36,823 nucleotides of DNA from positions 1-36,823 of the forward strand of contig JALVZN010000051.1 of the NCBI GenBank assembly GCA_027037615.1, written 5' to 3'. A program made the position numbers and the translations under genes. The notes under the pieces are model-generated. The model made no database searches and was not told the DNA's origin. It saw only the letters and a list, made by a program, of their open reading frames with translations. Origin of the DNA: a candidate division WOR-3 bacterium (GTDB taxonomy: Bacteria; Hydrothermota; Hydrothermia; B15-G9). Each line of letters opens with the position of its first letter. Position 1 is the first letter of the stretch. Positions 18,454 to 27,734 of the stretch are shown here, piece after piece.

Positions 18454-19731
18454 TCAGGACAGGAGTGGGGCAGGCAGCATCAGGACATCGGCTCCATCGA
18501 TTTTATCCCTTGCCGAAACCGATTTTGTAGCCACAATTGCATGAGGCGGTTGATATCTCCTGCAAAAGCTCCTTAAAGAAGTCGGCACAGCCGTCCTGTC
18601 CTTGAACTTAACCTCAATCGGGATGGTCAATTCGCCGCTCAGCAACAGGAAATCCACTTCCACACCGCTCTTTTTGCGCCAGAACCTCAGGCGCTGGTGC
18701 GGATTAAGCCTGCGAATGAGGCCGAGAAAAATCCCGTTCTCGGCATAGATGCCCGCTTCTTTCGGACGATGGCGTAATGGCGAGAAGTTGCCCAGCCCCC
18801 AGCTTATCAATCCAGTATCGACAATGTAAACTTTGGGCGCCTTTTTGATTTCCGTGCGGGGATTTTTCCCGAAAGGATACAACCTTTTCACAAGGAAAAG
18901 TGCCTCGAGCAAACTGACATAACTCTGAACCGTTTTCACGCTCACGCCGACATCACGAGCCAGCTCGGTCAGGTTAAGGAGATTGCCAGCGGTCCCGATC
19001 AAAGCCAAAAACACCTTCTCGAAAGTGGCGGCATCACGGCCGGAGAGGAGCAGTCTCATGTCACGAACGGCATAAATCCTGAAAATCTGGCCCAAAAGCC
19101 TCGTTTTGACATCGACCTCCTCCGCAAGCACCACTTCAGGAAACCCTCCATACACGAGATATTCCGAATAAAGCTCCATGATGCGCTCAGGAAGGCGAAA
19201 TTTCGGCAGGTCAGGCGCTGTTACATCAACCTCTGGCAGCATGTTCATGTAATTGTTCTCTCCCTTAAACCTCAGGAATTCCCTGAAGCTCAAAGGGTAA
19301 AGCTCAAACTCGACAATCCTGCCTATCATGGAATCCCTGAAATTGCTCAAAAGCGCTGTGCTGGAAGAACCTGACAAAAAAAGTTTGATCTCAGGATGGT
19401 GATCCACCGCCAGTTTGACAAAATTCGAGGGATTATTCATCAAATGGAACTCGTCTATCAAAACCACGCCGTGCCCACCTATGAAACGCTTAAGCGCCTT
19501 CGGGCCGGCATCCATGATGTCCCTGTCATCGGGGTCCTCCATGTCAAAATAGAAAACATCATCGCGGGACTCCAGGATCTTCTGTGCGATGAGCATAAGC
19601 AGTGAGGTTTTGCCGACCCGTCTCGCCCCCAGGATGACCACCGCCTCACGCTGATCCATCCACAGACGGAGCTCTCTGAGTAGCTCCCGCTCAACAAGTT
19701 TCCTGCCTCTTATCTCATCTTTCCCCATCAT
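18454..19731 (-). CDS. AAA_14 ATPase with DUF4143 (winged HTH plus PD-(D/E)xK-like) C-terminus
   Basis: Walker A GARRVGKT, Walker B VLIDE, LSGSSS, YGGFPE, HTH LTELARDVGVSVKTVQSY, KVYIVDTGL, EVDFL...IEVK. Confidence 0.92.
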   Translation of the reverse strand: MMGKDEIRGRKLVERELLRELRLWMDQREAVVILGARRVGKTSLLMLIAQKILESRDDVFYFDMEDPDDRDIMDAGPKALKRFIGGHGVVLIDEFHLMNNPSNFVKLAVDHHPEIKLFLSGSSSTALLSNFRDSMIGRIVEFELYPLSFREFLRFKGENNYMNMLPEVDVTAPDLPKFRLPERIMELYSEYLVYGGFPEVVLAEEVDVKTRLLGQIFRIYAVRDMRLLLSGRDAATFEKVFLALIGTAGNLLNLTELARDVGVSVKTVQSYVSLLEALFLVKRLYPFGKNPRTEIKKAPKVYIVDTGLISWGLGNFSPLRHRPKEAGIYAENGIFLGLIRRLNPHQRLRFWRKKSGVEVDFLLLSGELTIPIEVKFKDRTAVPTSLRSFCRRYQPPHAIVATKSVSARDKIDGADVLMLPAPLLS

Positions 19732-19963
19732 AGCGCACCAATTTTACCTCTTGCTCCACAATAGTTCAACTTTTGTGGAGCCAAAGTCCAGAAAAGTTCA
19801 AAATAAGGCAGCAGATTCTGGTAGCTTCAGAGCAGCGTCAACGGGCTCAGGATAAAATATTTCCATATCCTTTATCATTACCCCATAACTCTAAGGAGGT
19901 TGACGGGATGCAAGCCAATATTTTGATGGTTTTTGTCCTTTTGTCGGGAACGGCCAAGATTGC
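19637..19963. repeat. Direct repeat copy 2
   Basis: Covers the ATPase 5' end, the divergent intergenic region and the GH57-like 5' end; matches 18078-18400. Confidence 0.93.
19741..19781 (-). promoter_or_regulatory. ATPase promoter overlapped by a 29-bp palindrome (candidate operator)
   Basis: TTGAAC (19769-19764), 17 nt, TAAAAT (19746-19741). Palindrome GCTCCACAA-T-AGTT-C-AACT-T-TTGTGGAGC at 19753-19781; its core is retained at 18195-18221. Confidence 0.65.
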
Positions 19964-22900
19964 CTTTGTTCATCATGGGAATCAATCGCTTGCGGACAAC
20001 GGTTCCCTGGCAATGCAGCAGGGCGACCCCGGCTATGTCGGCAACAGCTACCATCGCACGCTCGACACCCATTTTTATTACGGGAAACCCATCGACATCC
20101 ACATGAGCGGCCCGCTGGCTCAATCTTACGGATGGATGCAGAACGGACACGACATCCTCGGCCGATTGCGCAATTCCGACCTCGTTTATATCGTTGGCGG
20201 CTCTTACGCCGAAAATATCCTGCCTTACGCAGACCGAGAAGTCAACGAATTTTCGATGTGGTATGTTCAGCAGGTCTATGATTCGCTTATCAAAGGCGTT
20301 GGCTATCCTGACTTGCCGAATGTGATCTGGATTCCGGAACGGGTCTGGAAATCGCAGAACCTCATGCCTTACTCGCTCATCGAAGTTTTGAACCAGAAAT
20401 ATGGCAAATTCGATGGCAACGGAAACTATCTGGCGCCGTGCATCCTGTTGGACGACAATGTCCACGAGTGGTATTCTCACACATTCCCCGACGGCACCGA
20501 GTGCCACAATTCGCACAAGGTGCACATCATGTATGACAATTCGGGCAACTATGTCTTCGTGGTGTTTATCCAGCAGCATGCGCGCAACGACTGGGTGTGG
20601 AACGAGGTCTGGAACACATGGACAGGCTCCGAGCACCTCCCTGCGCTTGCCAACGATGCTGATCAGGAGCAGGTCTGCGTCTATGGCGACGACTGGGAGA
20701 AGGCGGCCGGCGTCGCGGGCTGGGATTTCGGCAATCCGGGCGCACCGGCCAACTCTTACGACGCCAACATCGCATGGGCATCCAGTCAGAACTGGATTCA
20801 ATTCGTGCATGTGGCCGAAGTCGCCAGATGGTGGGGCGTCGATAAGCTCTTAGACAACGATCCGAACAACGATCCACCGGCCATCAACATCGACTACGCA
20901 GCTTATCCAGAGCTCCACAGCTGGACGGGCGGCAATTACGACAACTGGTATAACGATTTCAAGAACACGCAGGCATACGGATGCGGGCTCGCTCCCGACC
21001 TCAACGGCAACGGGGTCAATGGCGATTATGAGGATCTCTGGAAAGAGACCTACAATGCGCTCATGTCTGCGCCTGACAACCGCATCTCAAAACTCGGCTG
21101 GGTGACACTTTCCGGAATGCTCTACGAAACCGCATGGCACACAGGTCCCGGCGGCGAGCTGGTCTATTGGGGTCGAAATCTATGGAATCACACGCGTTAC
21201 GGCATACTGTTTGCCGAAGCTGCAAACTGGCTCGATACATGCGCAAGCGTCAACGGCGGACACATCTATGTGGCGGATTTAGATGGCGATGGCATCGACG
21301 AATATGCAATCTACAACTCGAAGATATGGGCGGCGTTCGACAGGCGCGGCGGGCGCGCACTCTTGGTGGCGACATCAGATGGCGATGTCGTTGTGGGCAA
21401 CTTGATGTCGAACTGGGGCAATGAGGGCGATTACGACGATGGTGGGCATCCCGGCCTGTTTCACGATTCGCAGGCCGAAAACTCATGGTTCAATGTGACC
21501 ATCGATTCATCGGGCGATACGGCCATCCTGACACTTTCAGAAGCCTACGATTACAACGGAAATCCATCGACCGATCTCACCAAAACGATCAAACTCGCAT
21601 CAAACGACAGCTATCTCATTGTCCAATACCAGTCCACATGGACCAACTGGACCAAGGCAGGGGTCACGCCGGACATCTGGAATGTGCTTCTGAACGGCTA
21701 TGAGCTCGGTTTCACGAGCGGCATTTCGCCCAACGGATGGGTCTATTCCGGCTGGCAGAACGACCGCACAGGGGCAAAAGCGGTTTTCTTGTGGGCTTCA
21801 GGCAACGGATTGGTGTATCACAACTTAGGCAAAATGGCGTCTGTGGCAGAGAAAATCGAGCTTGGCAACGGCACGAACTACACCGTCTATTTCTATGCGG
21901 GCCGCGGCCAGCCCGATGTCAATGCTCAGGGGCCCGGCGATCAGGAAGGGCCGTTTATCGTTCAGACATGGCAATACCCTGAAGATCAGATCATGGAGAC
22001 GGATTCCGTGCTCGTGGTGTCGAACATCTGGGACATCGGCGGCGTTCAGGGAGCATGGATTCGCTACGGTGTCAACGGGAACTGGTCCTATCCTGACATC
22101 GCAATGGTTCAGGACGACGGCGACACGCATGACTGGGACGGCGACGGTCAGCCCGACCCAAACCTCTGGGGCGGCTACATTCCGCCTCAACCTCTTGGCT
22201 CGCATGTGGAATACGCCATCCGCGCACTTGACAGCTCAAGCAACGAATCATGGGACAACAATTACGGCCAGAACTACGATTATTTTGTCGGAGTCGTCAA
22301 TTTTGACATGGACGGCCAATTAGACAGGGTAGCCACCCTTGCATCCGAGAACGGCGGCATGCACCTCTGGTATTATTTCAGCAGCGACACCTCACGCCTC
22401 TACTTCGCAACCGAGGCGGCCGGAAACGGTTCGGATTCCTACGCAAACGACCACTTCATATTTGTTGCGTTTTCGGACGATTCAACCCTCATGGATGCGC
22501 CATGGGCCAAGAGCGGCAAGGTGGGCCACTATTCGTTTTTCCTTGCGGACGAAAACGATAACGATTTCGTCGGGTGGTTTGACTCCACGGGCAACCTGTT
22601 GAACGACACGACGAAATTCAGGTGTGCAGCTGGGGCCACGGAGAACGACATCCTCGAAGGCGTCCTGTATCTGGACAACATTTTCAACGGCAAGGAGATA
22701 CCACAGGATGTCTGGGTGGCCGTCGGGACATATCAGACACAGGACGGGGGAGCACTTCAGTGGCAGGTGCCAAGACCACCATCCGGCACAATAGACTCCA
22801 TCATCTCCAAAAACGAATTTCTACATATAAATTTCACAACCGGCGTCATCGAAGAGCCCTCCGACAGAGGCCTGCCATCGATCTTTGCGATAAAAGCCTA

Positions 22901-23138
22901 TCCTGTTCCGTTCGGGAACCAGTTAAACCTGAGCTTCAAGCTGTTGAGAAACAGCGACATCCACATAAGGCTCTACAACATATCCGGCAGAATGGTCAGG
23001 AACCTGTTTGACGGCGAACTCGAAAAAGGTCAGCACGACATGAGTTTTGAATGCGACACATTGAGCAGAGGGATTTACTTCATAACCATAACGGACGGCG
23101 AGGAAACCCGCTCGGTAAAAGCCGTGAAGATAGAATGA
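19908..23138 (+). CDS. Secreted modular GH57-like glycoside hydrolase with CBM-like modules and a T9SS-like C-terminal domain (1076 aa)
   Basis: ATG 19908 follows AAGGAGG. GH57-like motifs HHGNQ, WIPERVW (nucleophile Glu), GDDWEK (acid/base Asp), DLDGDGIDEY. Starch-CBM-like WDNNYGQNY. C-terminal YPVPF...LYNISGRMV...GIYFI...VKAVK. Confidence 0.8.
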   Translation: MQANILMVFVLLSGTAKIAFVHHGNQSLADNGSLAMQQGDPGYVGNSYHRTLDTHFYYGKPIDIHMSGPLAQSYGWMQNGHDILGRLRNSDLVYIVGGSYAENILPYADREVNEFSMWYVQQVYDSLIKGVGYPDLPNVIWIPERVWKSQNLMPYSLIEVLNQKYGKFDGNGNYLAPCILLDDNVHEWYSHTFPDGTECHNSHKVHIMYDNSGNYVFVVFIQQHARNDWVWNEVWNTWTGSEHLPALANDADQEQVCVYGDDWEKAAGVAGWDFGNPGAPANSYDANIAWASSQNWIQFVHVAEVARWWGVDKLLDNDPNNDPPAINIDYAAYPELHSWTGGNYDNWYNDFKNTQAYGCGLAPDLNGNGVNGDYEDLWKETYNALMSAPDNRISKLGWVTLSGMLYETAWHTGPGGELVYWGRNLWNHTRYGILFAEAANWLDTCASVNGGHIYVADLDGDGIDEYAIYNSKIWAAFDRRGGRALLVATSDGDVVVGNLMSNWGNEGDYDDGGHPGLFHDSQAENSWFNVTIDSSGDTAILTLSEAYDYNGNPSTDLTKTIKLASNDSYLIVQYQSTWTNWTKAGVTPDIWNVLLNGYELGFTSGISPNGWVYSGWQNDRTGAKAVFLWASGNGLVYHNLGKMASVAEKIELGNGTNYTVYFYAGRGQPDVNAQGPGDQEGPFIVQTWQYPEDQIMETDSVLVVSNIWDIGGVQGAWIRYGVNGNWSYPDIAMVQDDGDTHDWDGDGQPDPNLWGGYIPPQPLGSHVEYAIRALDSSSNESWDNNYGQNYDYFVGVVNFDMDGQLDRVATLASENGGMHLWYYFSSDTSRLYFATEAAGNGSDSYANDHFIFVAFSDDSTLMDAPWAKSGKVGHYSFFLADENDNDFVGWFDSTGNLLNDTTKFRCAAGATENDILEGVLYLDNIFNGKEIPQDVWVAVGTYQTQDGGALQWQVPRPPSGTIDSIISKNEFLHINFTTGVIEEPSDRGLPSIFAIKAYPVPFGNQLNLSFKLLRNSDIHIRLYNISGRMVRNLFDGELEKGQHDMSFECDTLSRGIYFITITDGEETRSVKAVKIE

Positions 23139-23215
23139 AGTCCATGCAAATCTAACAATATCAGCATTTATGAACGGATTTTCATGTATCACGCTATGCC
23201 CATAAAATAAAAGGC

Positions 23216-24460
23216 ATGGTTAGGGTAAAACCGTTCAGAGGATTAAGGCCACCGAAGGAGCTGGCAGCGCTTATAGCCTCGCTGCCGTATGATGTCATGA
23301 GCACGGAAGAGGCCAGAGAGATGGCCAAAGGGAATCCTTATTCCCTGCTTCACATCACCCGTGCCGAGATAGACCTCCCGCCTGGCATCGACGAGCACTC
23401 AGAAGAGGTTTACCGCAAATCGAGAGAGAATTTCCAGAAGTTCCTGAAAAACGGATGGTTAGTTCAGGACAAGGAGCCTCATTTTTACATCTACGCCCAG
23501 ACCATGAACGGACGCACTCAATACGGGATAGTCGGAGGCGCACACTACATGGATTACTACGAGGGACGCATCAAAAAGCACGAATTGACACTCCCCGACA
23601 AGGTGGAAGACCGCACAAAACACATACTCGTCAACAACGCACAGTTGGAGCCCGTTTTTCTGGCATTCCGCGATGTGCCTGAGCTCACTCAGATAATGAT
23701 GGATTGGGTGAAAAACCACGAGCCGGAATACGATTTTGTGGCGGACGACGGCATCGGCCACCATTTCTGGGTGATAACCGATCCAGAGGTCAACCGGGCT
23801 ATCGAGGAGCTGTTCGCCACGAAGGTGCCGCATACCTACATCGCAGACGGACATCACAGGACAGCTGCTGCTGCGCTTGTGGCAAAACGCAAGGCAGAAG
23901 CGAACCCGCATCACACAGGCGAAGAGGAATACAACTACATAATGGCCGTCCACTTCCCGCACAACCAGCTGAAGATCCTCGAATACAACCGTGTTATAAA
24001 GGATCTAAACGGCCACACGCCTGAGGAGTTCCTCAACCTGTTAAAACAGCACTTCGATGTTCAGGAGTGGAAAGAGCCCTATAAGCCCGACAGGGAATGC
24101 ATGTTCGGCATGTATCTCGACGGCAAATGGTATAAGCTGATGGCCAAATCTCACACATGCAGCACGGATCCGGTCGAAGGCCTCCATGTCAGCATCCTGT
24201 CGAAATATGTGCTCTATCCGCTTCTCGGCATCAAAGACCTCAGGCGGTGCAAGAGAATCGACTTCGTCGGCGGAATTAGAGGCCTCAAAGAGCTTCAACG
24301 CAGGGTGGACAGCGGAGAGATGGCGATTGCGTTTGTGCTGTATCCCACGAGGATAGAGGAGGTAATGCGGATAGCTGACGAGGGCAAGATAATGCCCCCG
24401 AAAAGCACATGGTTTGAGCCAAAACTGAGGAGCGGACTGGTTATACACAAGTTGGATTGA
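23216..24460 (+). CDS. DUF1015 family protein
   Basis: VKPFRGLRP, LPYDV, IKKHELT, IADGHHR, MPPKSTWFEPKLRSGL. Confidence 0.93.
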   Translation: MVRVKPFRGLRPPKELAALIASLPYDVMSTEEAREMAKGNPYSLLHITRAEIDLPPGIDEHSEEVYRKSRENFQKFLKNGWLVQDKEPHFYIYAQTMNGRTQYGIVGGAHYMDYYEGRIKKHELTLPDKVEDRTKHILVNNAQLEPVFLAFRDVPELTQIMMDWVKNHEPEYDFVADDGIGHHFWVITDPEVNRAIEELFATKVPHTYIADGHHRTAAAALVAKRKAEANPHHTGEEEYNYIMAVHFPHNQLKILEYNRVIKDLNGHTPEEFLNLLKQHFDVQEWKEPYKPDRECMFGMYLDGKWYKLMAKSHTCSTDPVEGLHVSILSKYVLYPLLGIKDLRRCKRIDFVGGIRGLKELQRRVDSGEMAIAFVLYPTRIEEVMRIADEGKIMPPKSTWFEPKLRSGLVIHKLD

Positions 24461-24559
24461 CATCAACTTAGCGGCAGACGACCGATCCGCTATCGACAGC
24501 GCCGCAACTCAGCTGAGCCTTGCAACAGGTTCAGCGTGTTCAGGTTAGCTTGAAATCCC

Positions 24560-25771
24560 TTACTTCACAATGATGAGCTTCCTGAGTGTGCCGTCCTTGC
24601 CGCGCCACAGGTAAACGCCGGGCTTTGCAAGCGACGATGTATCGCGTGCAACTACCCTTCCGGTGACATCAAAGACAGCAGGAGTGGGCTTTTGCGAAGG
24701 CAACGGCAATCCATGGACATCTTCCTCAACTGACTGAAGCCTTTTGTGGAATTCCAGAGAATCTATAACCGCGCCATCGGTCGCCCTGATGGCCTTGATG
24801 GACATGACAGTATCGGTAACAGTCACAAGCACATAGTGATAGCACGATGCTGAATATGCCACCCACGAGGCGGAGCCGGGTGTATAAAGCGGAGCGCCAC
24901 CGCCGCCTGTAACGATGTAAGTCACGCCATTTATGGGGACAGACCTCTGGTAAAAGTGGTTGTGGCCGTTGAAAACGATCGGCACGCCGTATGATTCCAA
25001 AATGTCACACCACGCAGCCCTGACATCGTAGTCGGAACCGTGCCCTCCAGCACTGTAAGGCGGACGATGGAAATAAACCACCACCCATTTTGACGAATCC
25101 TGAGTTATCTCCTCCAGCCTTTGTTGCAGGTATGTCCTTTGCGATGAATAGTCGATCGTCTCAGTGTTAAGTGCTATGAAAACCACATTTCCATACTCAA
25201 AGGTGTAATACCGTTCGTTTTCCGGAAGGTGGAAAAACTGGCGATAGATGTAGGAAGGGGTATCGTGATTGCCAATCGTGGGCATAATAGGCGAGTTGTG
25301 CAGAAGATCGGCCTCAATGGCGAAGAACTCATACCAATCGTCGATGTCGTTTCCATGTCCAACCATGTCGCCCGTATTGATGACAAAATCAGGATCCTGC
25401 TGTGCTATCGCATCGACAACCATTTGATGGGCAGCGGAATCTGACCTGTTATCGCCATAGACTACAAACCTGATGGTATCGGCGGACAGAGGAGCGGTGC
25501 GAAAACTGTAAATCGGTGTGGAATAACTGCTTCCAGCGACCTTGTAGATGTAGCGATGTCTCGGAGTTAGGCCTGTCAACTTAAAGGAATGGGCTATAAC
25601 TGAAGCTGTATCCCAGACCGTGTCAGTAAGCGACCCGACGCCATAAGCTATGAACCCCGAATCGGCAACAACGCTATACCACGATATGGTTATGGTGGTG
25701 GAGGTTGAATCCTCCCAATTCATATACGGCCCCAATCTCAACTGTATGAGGGCAAAGAAAACGGTTAACAT
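24560..25771 (-). CDS. Secreted purple-acid-phosphatase-like metallophosphoesterase with FN3-like N-domain and a short T9SS-like tail
   Basis: YGDNR, NTGDMV, GNHD, FHRPPYS, GHNHFYQR, VTGGGG; tail VFDVTGRVV...PGVYL...KLIIVK. Confidence 0.88.
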   Translation of the reverse strand: MLTVFFALIQLRLGPYMNWEDSTSTTITISWYSVVADSGFIAYGVGSLTDTVWDTASVIAHSFKLTGLTPRHRYIYKVAGSSYSTPIYSFRTAPLSADTIRFVVYGDNRSDSAAHQMVVDAIAQQDPDFVINTGDMVGHGNDIDDWYEFFAIEADLLHNSPIMPTIGNHDTPSYIYRQFFHLPENERYYTFEYGNVVFIALNTETIDYSSQRTYLQQRLEEITQDSSKWVVVYFHRPPYSAGGHGSDYDVRAAWCDILESYGVPIVFNGHNHFYQRSVPINGVTYIVTGGGGAPLYTPGSASWVAYSASCYHYVLVTVTDTVMSIKAIRATDGAVIDSLEFHKRLQSVEEDVHGLPLPSQKPTPAVFDVTGRVVARDTSSLAKPGVYLWRGKDGTLRKLIIVK

Positions 25772-25912
25772 CTCGTGCCTCCTCGTATAAGCTATCGGCT
25801 TAACAGCTCATTGTTGCAAAAGCTTATTTTCACAAAAAAAACACTTTGATGTGATACAGATCAAAAATCGGCGACAAAGAAATTACGGTTCCCCTCATTC
25901 ACAACAAACTCC

Positions 25913-25940
25913 TTGAAGTAGAAGCAAGTTACCTTATAAT
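25913..25940 (+). promoter_or_regulatory. Candidate sigma70 promoter of the four-gene membrane operon
   Basis: TTGAAG, 16 nt, TATAAT. Confidence 0.55.
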
Positions 25941-25995
25941 AGACTTGCGCTTTTTTGCTGAAATATGGGTCAAAAGAAAAATTGGAGGGTTCCTG

Positions 25996-27099
25996 ATGAC
26001 AGGGGTCTTACTTATAGCATTTTTGATAGGGCAAAGTGCCCCCAATGGGTTTACTTTCAAGGCCTTTGACACTCCTAACGATCAGGGAAATTCTATCACG
26101 CTTGAATGGTCAGGGGATACAACTCCGATCAAGATAGTAAGGATATTCCGAGCCGACAATGCAGTAGGGCCATTCACCCCCATAAAGATACTCTTCGGAA
26201 ACATCCACTCCTACGATGACAAGGATGTGAAAGACGGCAAACCTTACTACTACAAAGTCATTCTGATTACAACGGAGAATGAGATCATATCGTCACCTGT
26301 TCTCGGGCCGGTAAGCAGCAAGCCGTCATGGTTCGACATGTCAAAACTCCCACTCTTCATCGTCCTCGCATTCTACATACTGGTGCTGCTTTATTACATC
26401 CTGTCCGCTCGAAAAGGGAAAGAGATCAAGTTAAGGCCAATAGCCGGGTTAAACGCAATAGACGAAGCGGTCGGCCGTGCGGCTGAGATGGGTCGCCCGA
26501 TACTTTTCACCACGGGCTTGCTCAGCATCGACAACCTCTCAACCATAGCGGCGCTTAACATCCTCGCACATGTGGCTAAGAAAGCAGCACAATACCAGAC
26601 GAGGCTGATCGTCCCGAACTACAACCCTGCCGTCTATACCGTCGCAGAAGCCATTGTCAGAGAATCATATCTTGCTGCTGGTCGTCCGGATCTTTTCAAC
26701 AGCGACGACATATTCTACATTTCCAGCCGTCAGTTCGGATATGCAGCTGGCGTCACAGGTGTCATGCTGCGTGAGAAAACAGCTGCACACTTCTTCATGG
26801 GGTACTACTTCGCAGAGGCTCTCCTGCTGACCGAGGTCGGCGCCTCAACTGGCGCAATTCAGGTCGCTGGAACCGACGCAATCACCCAGTTGCCGTTCTT
26901 CATCGTAACATGCGACTACACTCTGATCGGAGAAGAGCTCTACGCTGCAAGCGCTTATCTCTCGAAAGATGCACTGCTCGCAGCCACGATCAAAGGTCAG
27001 GACATCATGAAAGCGGTCATAATCGCTTTCCTAGTGATATTCTTCTTCGTTGCGATTGGCGCCGAAAGCCTGGCCATGAAAGTGGCCAACCTGTTATAA
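25996..27099 (+). CDS. FN3-like domain + TM + DUF6754-like domain membrane protein
   Basis: ATG 25996 follows GGAGG. FN3 pattern SITLEWS...YDDKDVKDGKPYYYKV; TM; then LRPIAGLNAIDEAVGRAAEMGRPI...QLPFFIVTCDYTLIGEELYAASAYL. DUF number recalled from motif, not searched. Confidence 0.75.
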   Translation: MTGVLLIAFLIGQSAPNGFTFKAFDTPNDQGNSITLEWSGDTTPIKIVRIFRADNAVGPFTPIKILFGNIHSYDDKDVKDGKPYYYKVILITTENEIISSPVLGPVSSKPSWFDMSKLPLFIVLAFYILVLLYYILSARKGKEIKLRPIAGLNAIDEAVGRAAEMGRPILFTTGLLSIDNLSTIAALNILAHVAKKAAQYQTRLIVPNYNPAVYTVAEAIVRESYLAAGRPDLFNSDDIFYISSRQFGYAAGVTGVMLREKTAAHFFMGYYFAEALLLTEVGASTGAIQVAGTDAITQLPFFIVTCDYTLIGEELYAASAYLSKDALLAATIKGQDIMKAVIIAFLVIFFFVAIGAESLAMKVANLL

Positions 27100-27113
27100 C
27101 AGGAGGTTAAACA

Positions 27114-27734
27114 ATGAAGCGATTTCTGAGTAGAACATTACCTCTTTTGATGGTGTTAATTTTCGGTGTTCTCGGTGCCATCCAGTATTTTGTGCCACAC
27201 AAAGTCTCACAGGTTTATTACAGAACCATTTTGACATGGGCCATCGGTGTATCGTCCATGGCTGTCATAATGGCTGCCATCAGCTTCTTGAGATACCACT
27301 ACAAAAAGATCATGAGCTCCGAGGGCGATACTCTCTATTCATCGATAGCCCTTGTGGCGTTCCTGGCAATGCTCGGATTTGGCGCATTCGGAACCGATAA
27401 GGGCAGCCTGTTCTATCAGTTCTATCAGAACATTTTCGTCCCGATAAACTCGACAATGTTCTCACTGTTAGCATTCTACATGGCATCCGCATCTTACAGG
27501 GCGTTCAGAGCCAAGACATTCGAAGCCGCTTTGCTGCTCACAGCGGCAATCATCGTCATACTCGGCACAACCCCCATCGGAAGCTCCATACTCCTCGACA
27601 AAGTCACGATGTGGATAATGAGCATACCAAATCTTGCACAGAAACGCGGCATATTGATAGGAGTCGGGCTTGGTGCTACGGCAACTTCTTTGAAAATAAT
27701 TCTCGGCATTGAAAAGAACTGGCTTGGAGGATGA
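27114..27734 (+). CDS. Uncharacterised polytopic membrane protein (about 5-6 TM)
   Basis: AGGAGG upstream; hydrophobic; STMFSLLAFYMASASYRAFR and RGILIGVGLGA. Confidence 0.85.
   Translation: MKRFLSRTLPLLMVLIFGVLGAIQYFVPHKVSQVYYRTILTWAIGVSSMAVIMAAISFLRYHYKKIMSSEGDTLYSSIALVAFLAMLGFGAFGTDKGSLFYQFYQNIFVPINSTMFSLLAFYMASASYRAFRAKTFEAALLLTAAIIVILGTTPIGSSILLDKVTMWIMSIPNLAQKRGILIGVGLGATATSLKIILGIEKNWLGG

Noticed and set aside
18347-18544. 65-aa ORF as a functional gene
   Set aside because: It is a frameshifted copy of the GH57-like start that runs antisense into the ATPase 3' end.
19773-19907. N-terminal extensions in the ORF track (also 25945-25995 and 29349-29381)
   Set aside because: Downstream ATGs have strong SD sites and begin signal peptides.
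18078-19963. Direct repeats as IS ends or att sites
   Set aside because: They consist of gene starts and promoter sequence; no transposase, integrase or terminal inverted repeats were seen.
8190-20810. Long antisense ORFs (8190-8969, 15097-15936, 19878-20810)
   Set aside because: Each lies opposite a well-supported gene and has no recognisable motif.
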